A DNA stretch of 64,000 nucleotides from Pseudomonadota bacterium (GTDB lineage Bacteria; Desulfobacterota; DSM-4660; Desulfatiglandales; Desulfatiglandaceae): positions 11,380 to 75,379 of the forward strand of contig JAZDES010000221.1 in assembly GCA_043808585.1 (NCBI GenBank), read 5' to 3'. Below are positions 44,114 through 51,849 of this stretch, one piece after another. The translations under genes and the position numbers were made by a program. Positions within the stretch are counted from its first letter, which is position 1, and each line of letters opens with the position of its first letter. The notes beneath the pieces are model-generated. The model did not search any database. It saw only the letters and a list, made by a program, of their open reading frames with translations, and had not been told where the DNA came from.

Positions 44114-45592
44114 ATGGATGGAATTGTTGGTGTATTTGGTATGGATGACGCTGAATTGGTGTGCAAGACATTTCTGGCGACAGGGGCCTGTCAGCACAGG
44201 GGAAAGGCCAGCACCGGGATTGCCATTGGAAACAGCAAAGGCATCTATGTGCACAAGGGTCTGGGAAGGATAGCCGAGGTAATTGACCATGACATAGTCA
44301 GGGTTTTTCAGGATCTGGCGCCCGTGGCAGCAATCGGAAACATCGGTTATACCAAGAGGAGAATAGCCGAAAAGGTCAACGCCGAGCCAATTGAAATCCA
44401 TCCGAGGAATAGCTCCAAATACAAGGTTGTCTTAACGATGGACGGATACCTGATCAAAGAGGATGACCTGAGAGATGAGCTGGAGCCGGACTACAGCATC
44501 CAGACCGATAATAAGACAGAGATCGTAGGTGCCTTGCTGCACAAATACATAACCCAGGAAGGTGTATCCTTTGCTGCCGGGGAGAAGCTGGTTTACAGGC
44601 TGCACGGCAGGGCGACCTTTGCCCTCACAGCGCTGGTTCATGACGGCGGAGAGATTTACCTAATCGCCTTGAATGATGACAGGGCCTTTGAGCCCTTCTG
44701 TTATGCTATGATTGACGGTACATTCGTTGCCAGCTCTGAATCCTGTTCTCACAGGAGGCTAAATGGCGTTACCGAAAAGGAATATGACGGCTCGGAGATG
44801 ACCGTATGCTCGTCTGGGGGGATCGAGACAAGAAGACTGAGAGAGGAATCCCTGATGCCTGATATTTTTCAAGGTGTCTATTTCGGGAATGTGGGGTCCA
44901 TCTTCCGAGGAAAGGAGATATTTCAGCTGAGAAGAGAGCTGGGACTAGAGTTGGTGAAACAGTACGGGGATTCCAAGGCCGATATTGTTATTCCCAATCC
45001 GGAATCAGGGTGGGGTGTTACAGTGGGGATTGCTGAGGGCCTGGGAAAAAATCTGTTCCCCGCACTCATAAAACTCCCGCAGGCCATCAGGACATTTCAG
45101 GAGGGTGAGCAGACGACCCGATCTCAGGAAGTGGGACTCAAGTTCGGGGGAATCGATTCTCTGCTCAAGGGAAAGAATGTCGCAATGGGGGACGACAGCA
45201 TCGTAAGAGGGAGTGTGAGTGAGGGCGGTTCTGTCTGGGTGGTATATAACGCCGGTGCAAAATATATCGAATTTTGGATATCTTACGGCCCGATGTTTTT
45301 CCCTTCCTTTAAAGAATGGCACCGAGGCGTAGAGTGCGTCCAAGAACTTGCAGTCCAGCGAGCCTTCCCAGACGGTAACCCCTATGACAAGACACTGGAT
45401 GAGATCAACAAGGCGGTCGCCAAGTTAGTTGGCGTCGATGAGGTGAGGTACAATTCCCTGGAGAGGATCAGAAAAGTCGCCGGCAACGGATCCTTCCAGG
45501 CACTCGATTCCACCTATCCCATAGCCCGAGAATTTTGGCCTGACTGGTTAAAAAGTGAATATGAAAGATTCGAACGGTATCGTGTGGGCTAG
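44114..45592 (+). CDS. amidophosphoribosyltransferase (PurF)-like protein lacking the N-terminal Cys nucleophile
   Basis: It has the layout of a class-II (Ntn) glutamine amidotransferase followed by a PRTase fold (ADIVIPNPESG, VAMGDDSIVRGS). The N-terminus reads MDGIVGVFG where PurF has MCGI(V/F)G. An in-frame TAA lies directly upstream of the ATG. Confidence 0.7.
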   Translation: MDGIVGVFGMDDAELVCKTFLATGACQHRGKASTGIAIGNSKGIYVHKGLGRIAEVIDHDIVRVFQDLAPVAAIGNIGYTKRRIAEKVNAEPIEIHPRNSSKYKVVLTMDGYLIKEDDLRDELEPDYSIQTDNKTEIVGALLHKYITQEGVSFAAGEKLVYRLHGRATFALTALVHDGGEIYLIALNDDRAFEPFCYAMIDGTFVASSESCSHRRLNGVTEKEYDGSEMTVCSSGGIETRRLREESLMPDIFQGVYFGNVGSIFRGKEIFQLRRELGLELVKQYGDSKADIVIPNPESGWGVTVGIAEGLGKNLFPALIKLPQAIRTFQEGEQTTRSQEVGLKFGGIDSLLKGKNVAMGDDSIVRGSVSEGGSVWVVYNAGAKYIEFWISYGPMFFPSFKEWHRGVECVQELAVQRAFPDGNPYDKTLDEINKAVAKLVGVDEVRYNSLERIRKVAGNGSFQALDSTYPIAREFWPDWLKSEYERFERYRVG

Positions 45593-46008
45593 ACCGCCAT
45601 CCCCTCTGCCTCTTTTTCGCGGACCCTGACTTTTTTATCGAGGCGGCTCGGTTTCGGAAATGGGACGGCTCTCTTCTGAGCGTAGTCCAGTTTCTTCTTT
45701 CCGCTCAAGAGGGCAAGCAGGAGGCCCTCCTCCCGGCAGCGACCCTGATGACCACACGCCTTTCTGGTCTTTTCAAAGTAGTTATAGGGCACAAGACAGC
45801 CGAATGACCTCACGTCAACACTATCATCCAGGCCTGTCTCCCCGTGGTAATTGACCTTCTTTTTCCCCCTCAGTATTTCCTGGCCCAGGCCAAGATCCGG
45901 ACAGTTTTCAAAACGGGGGCATGCATGACACTGCTCAAAGAATTTCAATGGGGTCCCACATTCGAATTCAAGGGCGTGGATCTTTTTCGACTTGGTGCTA
46001 TCCATCAC
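45589..46008 (-). CDS. hypothetical Cys-rich protein
   Basis: It is a 139-aa ORF with CGT...CHACPRFENCP...C...C..GRC spacing and no family I recognise. Its end overlaps the PurF-like stop by 4 nt (convergent genes). Confidence 0.4.
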   Translation of the reverse strand: MMDSTKSKKIHALEFECGTPLKFFEQCHACPRFENCPDLGLGQEILRGKKKVNYHGETGLDDSVDVRSFGCLVPYNYFEKTRKACGHQGRCREEGLLLALLSGKKKLDYAQKRAVPFPKPSRLDKKVRVREKEAEGMAV

Positions 46009-46032
46009 AGGCTCCTTTCACTTGCTTCAATC

Positions 46033-46060
46033 GTTATTCCCCGCAAAAGCGGGAATCCTG
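46033..46060. repeat. REP-like palindrome
   Basis: gttattccccgcaaaagcgggaatcctg. Confidence 0.8.
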
Positions 46061-46152
46061 AAACATCAATACGGTTAATGGTTCAAGATCTCGTTTCCGA
46101 ATCCTCTTAGAATTGATTACCTTCAGATCCAAAATTCTTTATAATCTCACCC

Positions 46153-46235
46153 CTCATTCCCGCGATAGCGGGAATCCAGGAATATCGTTGGGTATGGATT
46201 CGTGCCTTTGCAGGAATGAACAGACTTTGGACTAC
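46153..46235. repeat. REP-like palindrome pair
   Basis: ctcattcccgcgatagcgggaatccag is followed by a second unit, ttcgtgcctttgcaggaatgaacagactttggactac. Its tail (caggaatga-cagaactttggact) recurs at 62959-62981. Confidence 0.8.
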
Positions 46236-46342
46236 GTAATTATTAATACTAAATAATATTATTATATGTTAGCGGTAATAATTGTCAAGATCAAAAAAAG
46301 GCCTCCCGAGATAATCGGGTGCCCGGTGACAATTGTCCTTGA

Positions 46343-47641
46343 CTATTTGATATTGAGCCAGAGCAGTCTGGCCACGCCTGGGCCGGGATTTTTCCACTGG
46401 GAAGGCATTTCAGAGGTCAGATAGATCACATCTCCAGAGCGCACCGTGAATACGGCATTCTGCAGTTTCATTTGCAGCCTCCCAGACATGAGATAGCCAA
46501 CCTCTTCACCCTTGTGGACAAAAAAATGTGAGGGCAAGGTCTGCTCCGGGTGGATTTCGATCAGGTAGGGTTCAGCCTTGGGCTCGAAATCCACAGGGGT
46601 CAAGAGGCGGCCGCTGATACTGCCGGGGGGAAGGTCGGGGAATTTTATGTCAACCGCCTCAGGGCCGGGAAAAATGACCCGGTTCTTTATCTCAGCGGAC
46701 TCCTGAAAAAAGGACGTAATCTGAACGGAGAGCACTTCCGCCATTTTGAGCAATGCTGGCAGAGAGGGGTATATCAGGTTGCTTTCTACCTGGGAGATGG
46801 TACTGGGAGTTACTCCCACAAGCTTGGCCAGTTCAGTCTGCGATAGACCCCGCTTGATGCGAAGCTCTTTCAATCGCATTCCCAGATCGACCCGGCCGGT
46901 GACCCGTTTTTCAATTTCAAATGTGATATTAAGATCTTTGCTCCAATAATTGTAAGGCCGGTTCAACGTATCCAGATTACGCTTTTCAGCCTTGAGAATG
47001 GTCATGGAGGTCTTGCCTCTTCTCACGGAGAGATCGATGGCCACCTGGGCGATTTGATTGATCTGAGCCCTGAGACGGGGAGAATGGGCCCGTTTCTCCA
47101 TAATCCAGTAGGCGATAGTATTCAGTTCGTATAGCCTGGGGCAAGAGTGGGAGTAGAAATTTAGGATATGGTCTTCACCGCCCCAAAGTTCTTGCATACC
47201 GGTCAGGCTTTCAAACACAAACCGGACATCCCCTTCCATGGTGGCGTGGACGCCGTAAAAGGCGTCCATTACCTTATCCACCTTTTGGGGTTCATCTACA
47301 CGGATGATCCTGCATGCCGGTTCTGATTCCTTTTCTTTATAGAATCTGAGAAAGACATCCGAGCCCGACCCCTTCCCGAAGGTGAAACAGTCGAGGATCG
47401 TCAGGAATGGGTTGTCTGCCAGTGGCCCGAGTTTTTCCAAGAGGTTTCGCGGGGATCGGTCAAAGGATACATAAATGAGCGGTCTTTTTTGCGCTTGAGA
47501 TGCCTGGATGAAGTTGAGGCCGAAGACAGCGGCTAGACTGCCGGCATCATCGTGCCATACCACATTGTCACCGATATAAAGCCCCCCCAAGAGACGATCC
47601 AGCTGGTAGACTCCTGAGGCCACTCTAAGTCTTTCTACCAT
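46343..47641 (-). CDS. XRE-family HTH + cupin regulator with N-terminal KaiC/RecA-like domain lacking a P-loop
   Basis: The HTH is LKELRIKRGLSQTELAKLVGVTPSTISQVES. The C-terminal cupin reads HKGEEVGYLMSGRLQM...GDVIYL. The N-terminal 230 aa follow a KaiC-like pattern (GVYQLDRLLGGLYIGDNVVW HDDAGSLA...VFESL), with HDDAGSLA where GPPGTGKT is expected. Confidence 0.7.
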   Translation of the reverse strand: MVERLRVASGVYQLDRLLGGLYIGDNVVWHDDAGSLAAVFGLNFIQASQAQKRPLIYVSFDRSPRNLLEKLGPLADNPFLTILDCFTFGKGSGSDVFLRFYKEKESEPACRIIRVDEPQKVDKVMDAFYGVHATMEGDVRFVFESLTGMQELWGGEDHILNFYSHSCPRLYELNTIAYWIMEKRAHSPRLRAQINQIAQVAIDLSVRRGKTSMTILKAEKRNLDTLNRPYNYWSKDLNITFEIEKRVTGRVDLGMRLKELRIKRGLSQTELAKLVGVTPSTISQVESNLIYPSLPALLKMAEVLSVQITSFFQESAEIKNRVIFPGPEAVDIKFPDLPPGSISGRLLTPVDFEPKAEPYLIEIHPEQTLPSHFFVHKGEEVGYLMSGRLQMKLQNAVFTVRSGDVIYLTSEMPSQWKNPGPGVARLLWLNIK

Positions 47642-47714
47642 TGCTTCTCCCCATTTCCGCTGAAAACGTCGCCTAAATAAAATAACCGATTTTACTGTAA
47701 ATGAGATTAATAGA

Positions 47715-47736
47715 ATTCTTGACCCACGTCAAGAAT
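47715..47736. promoter_or_regulatory. perfect 9-bp inverted repeat attcttgac-N4-gtcaagaat
   Basis: It lies 74 nt upstream of the XRE/cupin regulator start and 29 nt downstream of the cyclase stop. It could be an operator or a terminator stem. Confidence 0.35.
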
Positions 47737-47764
47737 AGAGATATGTTAATAGGGCATGTGACCT

Positions 47765-49552
47765 CTATGAAGCTACGGGAAAGGCGGGGGGAACCAACTC
47801 TGTGGGGCCTTTCGAGGCATGTTGCCGGTGCGCCTGTAAATATGATCTCACCTCCGGCGGAACCGCTGTGAAACGAATTATGTGGGGATTTCCACGATCC
47901 CCAGCATTCCCTATCACCTTGCCATAGAAGACCTTATTCATCAGGTCTTCATCGACTCCTCTCAGGTTCATCTTTAGGTTGGTCAAAAGCTCAACGGGTT
48001 CGTCGAGGTTAATCTCAGCGGATTTTTTTGAGAGTTTGACCATAAAGCCCTCGATGCCCTTTCTCCCCACGTGCTTGCCCTCGAGCACCGTGTATCGCAC
48101 CGGAATTTGTCGCACCAGGGTAACAGGAGCAGGGTCCATCTCCTCCAGGGCGAGATTGAAGCCCCCGGCTATGCCTCCCACCTCGTAGATTTTTAACGGC
48201 GTTTCAGCTCCTTTAGGAAATACCTCTCGCTGGGCGTCAATTCGCAGGATCTCGCCTGCCTGTTCATATAGGGATTCCGAGACTAGTATCTGCCCACCGA
48301 CCGTATAGGACTCAATCCGACTTGTCATGTTAACGCCGCTCCCCACCACGGCATACTTGCTTCTCTTGCTGGATCCGATGTTCCCGACTATTACCTCGGC
48401 CTCGTTGAGACCAATCCCCATTTCCAGCTCTGGAAGCCCGTTAGTGCGGTTCTCCCTGTTTACCTCGGCCATGGCGTTTTGCATGGCAATGGCACATGCA
48501 ATGGCTCGATGGGCCCGGTCCGGCATCTCCTGTGGTGCACCAAAGATGACAAGGAGGGCGTCGCCGATGATTTCATTTATGGTTCCGTTGTATTTAAGGA
48601 CCACCTCCACCATGACCTCGAAGTAGGAGTTGAGCAACTGAACGACCCGCTCAGGCTCAAGACGCTCTGAGAGGGCAGTAAATCCCCTCAGGTCTGTCAT
48701 CATAATCGTGACTCTACGCTTCTCGCCCCCTAATTCAAGGGCCGAAGGGTTCTCAATGAGGGAATTCATGACCTCTGTGGAAAGGTAGCGGCCGAACATC
48801 TTCTTGAGAAGATCGGTCATCTCAGCCACCTTTGCCTCCCGGTCCCTCCACCGGATGAAGATGTAGGCAGTGAGCAGGAGCATGAGGAGAAAGACCACCA
48901 TCACAATAGCGAGGGTCCCAGCAAAATAATAGGTCTCTATCCTTCCGCCCGTAAAGGGAGATGATGAAAAGAGGGGTGCGTATGGTATGAGTCCAGCCCA
49001 CGTAGCTATTGATGAACCCAGGGTGAGGGCTGTGAAGGTGACGGCCCATGGCAGGGCGATTTTCGTTTCGAAGAGGAGGAAGTTAAGGGTCCCAAAGGCC
49101 ATCGCTAAGAGAAACGGCCCGGGGTGGGTCACAGACCCAAAGGCGTAACATACCAGTGACACATGAACTGCGTTATATTGAATAACAATGTGTGCAAAGG
49201 CCCTGCTTTCCGGAGAGCGCCGGCGTAACCATAGGCCTAAAAGCAAGAGGAGTATCCAGGGAATCCCGACAATTCGATTTAACTGATAGCCCAATTGAAT
49301 AATATTCCAATTGATCCAGGGCAAGCGCTCAAAATACTTTGATATCGCAATGTTCATGACGAGATTGCTGGCCCCTCCCACGAAGCAAAATAGGGCAATG
49401 AGAAGGAGGCAACGGTCGATCGTGCACCATTCCAAGGGGTTCTTGTTTTTCCGATTATATCGGAGAAGCAACACCCCGGTAAGAAACGCAAACGCCCAAG
49501 GGAATGCGGTTTGGGAAAACTGCTTGACCCATATTCCTTCCATGGCCAACAC
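47765..49552 (-). CDS. membrane-anchored class III adenylate/guanylate cyclase with C-terminal PilZ-like region
   Basis: An N-terminal domain of about 6 TM segments precedes the cyclase core (VTIMMTDLRGFTALSE, INEIIGDALLVIFGAP, GIGLNEAEVIVGNIGS, YAVVGSGVNMTSRIES). The C-terminal 120 aa are beta-rich with a loose PilZ resemblance, which is tentative. Confidence 0.82.
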   Translation of the reverse strand: MLAMEGIWVKQFSQTAFPWAFAFLTGVLLLRYNRKNKNPLEWCTIDRCLLLIALFCFVGGASNLVMNIAISKYFERLPWINWNIIQLGYQLNRIVGIPWILLLLLGLWLRRRSPESRAFAHIVIQYNAVHVSLVCYAFGSVTHPGPFLLAMAFGTLNFLLFETKIALPWAVTFTALTLGSSIATWAGLIPYAPLFSSSPFTGGRIETYYFAGTLAIVMVVFLLMLLLTAYIFIRWRDREAKVAEMTDLLKKMFGRYLSTEVMNSLIENPSALELGGEKRRVTIMMTDLRGFTALSERLEPERVVQLLNSYFEVMVEVVLKYNGTINEIIGDALLVIFGAPQEMPDRAHRAIACAIAMQNAMAEVNRENRTNGLPELEMGIGLNEAEVIVGNIGSSKRSKYAVVGSGVNMTSRIESYTVGGQILVSESLYEQAGEILRIDAQREVFPKGAETPLKIYEVGGIAGGFNLALEEMDPAPVTLVRQIPVRYTVLEGKHVGRKGIEGFMVKLSKKSAEINLDEPVELLTNLKMNLRGVDEDLMNKVFYGKVIGNAGDRGNPHIIRFTAVPPEVRSYLQAHRQHASKGPTELVPPAFPVAS

Positions 49553-49574
49553 TCCTTTTCTTAATAACCCCTAT

Positions 49575-50069
49575 TCAGACCAAAGGTCTTTCGAATGTAT
49601 CCAACTTCCCGACATCCTTTTCTTCATTGACCGAAATGTTAAAATGGATTGGAATACAATTCCTGATTGTACGGGTAAGGTGGCAATACTCCTTCATCAG
49701 CTCCAGGCACCTTTCGCCGATTTTCATCTCACCTTTTTCAACCACTATCTCCCCGGAGACAGTAATATCCGTGATAATATACCCCCTACCGTCAAATCCC
49801 ACAGTGGCCTTACCCTGAAGGTTCAACAAGACGAGCTGGATGTCGAAACCCGTTTGAAAGTCAAGGAATGTATTGTTCAGACATCCAAGAATGGCTGAGA
49901 CAAACAATTCATCAGGGCAGATCCCTTTTCCCATGCCACCAAATGTCTCGGGTGTGTCAAAGGCAATTTTGCGGCCCTGACTTATTGTTGCAGTACCGCC
50001 TGTCTTACCGTCCCAGACGCTGTCTGCGTGGAACGTGAGGAGCTTTGGATATCTAAATCTCAGATCCAT
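49575..50069 (-). CDS. OsmC/Ohr-family protein
   Basis: GICPDELFVSAILGCLNN and a later CHLT Cys fit the OsmC fold pattern. The size is typical, with a short tail. Confidence 0.65.
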   Translation of the reverse strand: MDLRFRYPKLLTFHADSVWDGKTGGTATISQGRKIAFDTPETFGGMGKGICPDELFVSAILGCLNNTFLDFQTGFDIQLVLLNLQGKATVGFDGRGYIITDITVSGEIVVEKGEMKIGERCLELMKEYCHLTRTIRNCIPIHFNISVNEEKDVGKLDTFERPLV

Positions 50070-50213
50070 TGCCTTGCTCCTTCCGCAGGATGTTATCGAT
50101 TTGATAACTACTTGTTTTTGTCAAAAGAAGGGTAGATAAATCGCGGCTCTATGTCAATTCACAGTTCATAGGGAGCCGAGCGGGCGGAAGGCCGGATGCA
50201 TTGATTGGCTGAA

Positions 50214-50248
50214 TTCGTTGTTCGTTGCTGGTTGCTCGTTACTCGTTA
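50214..50248. repeat. five tandem heptamers (ttcgttg ttcgttg ctggttg ctcgtta ctcgtta)
   Basis: A period-7 repeat in the intergenic region between the OsmC-like and SMC-head genes. Confidence 0.65.
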
Positions 50249-50487
50249 ATAATGACTTTAGGTCACTTGAAGAAGAACTGGCCCAGGACTTTGCAAGGGG
50301 CGATTTACCCACCGAGACTGTCCACCTTTCAACCGGGCAGGGGAAGATGTTGCACTTGCTACGTTTGGAGCCATGGTGGGGCCTTCACTTGAGGCGGCAG
50401 AGATCTTGAGCCAGCTGCGTACCCTTTTGCCGTGTGACTGGGCTACGGTCCTGCGCTCGGTGGTCAAGACCGGGACATTCATCACTC

Positions 50488-51510
50488 CTAGCAGCACTTG
50501 TAAAGCCTCAAAAGGCGCTCGTCCATAACAAAGTAGAACTTCATAAATGAAGAGCCGTCCCATCGTGTCCTTACCCCGTGGACCGTATTTGCGAGCGCTA
50601 TGGTGCTGCGCAGGTGGGTGATCATAATGAGTTGCTTATTTTGGGCCATAGTCTTTAGAAGGGCCTGCATGGACTTGTGATTTGTATAATCAAGAGATGG
50701 TTCCACTTCATCTAGCAGGTAAAAGGGGCTGTCCAACTGCCCGAAAATGGCCAATTTCAGGGCAAGGCTCGTTACCGACTTTTCCCCGCCGGATAGTTGG
50801 TGAGATTTGCGCCTTCGGTTCCCCGGTAATGTAACCTCAACCTCTAACCCGCTTCGGCCATTCTGCTCAATGACTTTTAGGTGGCCCTCGCCCAATGGGA
50901 ACAGGAAATCCAGATACTGACGAAAAAGGGGATCTATCTCCTCATAGATGCGTTCGCCCAGATCTGGCCTCTTGCCTGTGGACAATAATTCCTCAACCCA
51001 ACGAAAACGTCTCCAGGGATCCAAAAGGATCATATCATTAATCTGTTCCTGTCTTATAATCGACCTTAGGGCATGGGGCAGTTTCAGATTTATCAACTCC
51101 TGCTTGTACTGTTCCCTTTGATGAAGTTCATCTTGAACCCAATAGGCATCCTTTCCATCCTTTGTCATCTCTCGTATCAGGCGTATGGTGGGCGCCTTCT
51201 TTTCCGTCCCCTGTTTAAAGATCAGCTCGACCCGAATCCGTGAGGCTGGAGGATAGTCCTTGCTGCCGCAGAAGAATAACTCGTCTTTTTCATAGCATCT
51301 GAGCCGGTTGAGATCATCTTCCCCCAGTGCCCAAACGATTGCATCCAATATGTTAGATTTCCCGACCCCGTTATTGCCTATAATTACGCCAATACCTGTT
51401 TGAAAACCCATATTCGTTAGCTCTGAAAAGGATTTGAACCCTTCAATATTTACATCCTCTAAGTAGAAGTCTTTCGATGTCTTGATTGCCTTCTCTTCTG
51501 GTGAATCCAT
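50488..51510 (-). CDS. SMC-head-only ABC-type ATPase (no coiled coil or hinge)
   Basis: The N-terminal head half has FKSF...GVIIGNNGVGKSNILDAIVWALGE...LRC...ELFFCGS and RQEQINDMILLDPWRRFRWVEEL. About 40 aa later comes the C-terminal head half: LSGGEKSVTSLALKLAIF (signature), FYLLDEVEPSLD (Walker B), MITH (H-loop) and GVRTRWDGSS. The start is set at the ATG at 51510, with a GGGAGG RBS. Confidence 0.75.
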   Translation of the reverse strand: MDSPEEKAIKTSKDFYLEDVNIEGFKSFSELTNMGFQTGIGVIIGNNGVGKSNILDAIVWALGEDDLNRLRCYEKDELFFCGSKDYPPASRIRVELIFKQGTEKKAPTIRLIREMTKDGKDAYWVQDELHQREQYKQELINLKLPHALRSIIRQEQINDMILLDPWRRFRWVEELLSTGKRPDLGERIYEEIDPLFRQYLDFLFPLGEGHLKVIEQNGRSGLEVEVTLPGNRRRKSHQLSGGEKSVTSLALKLAIFGQLDSPFYLLDEVEPSLDYTNHKSMQALLKTMAQNKQLIMITHLRSTIALANTVHGVRTRWDGSSFMKFYFVMDERLLRLYKCC

Positions 51511-51540
51511 TACCCTACCTCCCTGACACATTGGATGAAC

Positions 51541-51834
51541 TCAGGCACTATTCCTATTAAGGTGTCGCCGGCGTATCTCATCGCTCAGTTCCTCCTGCCC
51601 TGGGATTATGGCCTCGTATACCAATTCTCCATCCAGTGCGACGCTGGGCAAAGACCTGGCCTTAAGTTCTCGGAAGCGCTGAATCCCTTCGCGCGTGCGC
51701 ATATCCCATTCCCTTACCTCTATAAGATCTTGAATCTCTTCCGGTAAGACCCTTACCGACTCCGCCATATAGACGCAGGCAAGTCATTGATTAAAGTCTG
51801 TCAGAAGCACATCAACAACAACCTTTTCCGCCAT
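51541..51834 (-). CDS. thioredoxin-fold selenoprotein, U-x-x-C motif (Sec at TGA 51784-51786)
   Basis: My translation from the ATG at 51834 (RBS agagga) reads MAEKVVVDVLLTDFNQ-U-LACVYMAESVRV... It then continues into ORF-track ORF 51541..51768 in the same frame. The cis-Pro-type block LPSVALDGELVY is present. It is a paralogue of 52817..53110. Confidence 0.75.
51742..51758 (-). promoter_or_regulatory. candidate SECIS hairpin
   Basis: The minus-strand RNA cgguaag-GGU-cuuaccg forms a 7-bp perfect stem (or 6 bp with a GGGUC loop). The stem starts 26 nt after the UGA. Confidence 0.45.
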
Positions 51835-51849
51835 ATTAATTTCCTCTAA

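Noticed and set aside
46033-46235. REP-like units as a small CRISPR array
   Set aside because: There are only 2-3 units. Each is itself palindromic, the spacing is irregular, and identical units are dispersed across the window. I see no cas genes.
50218-50563. ORFs 50218-50409 (+) and 50258-50563 (-)
   Set aside because: They overlap each other, the heptamer repeat and the 3' end of the SMC-head gene. They have no coding features.
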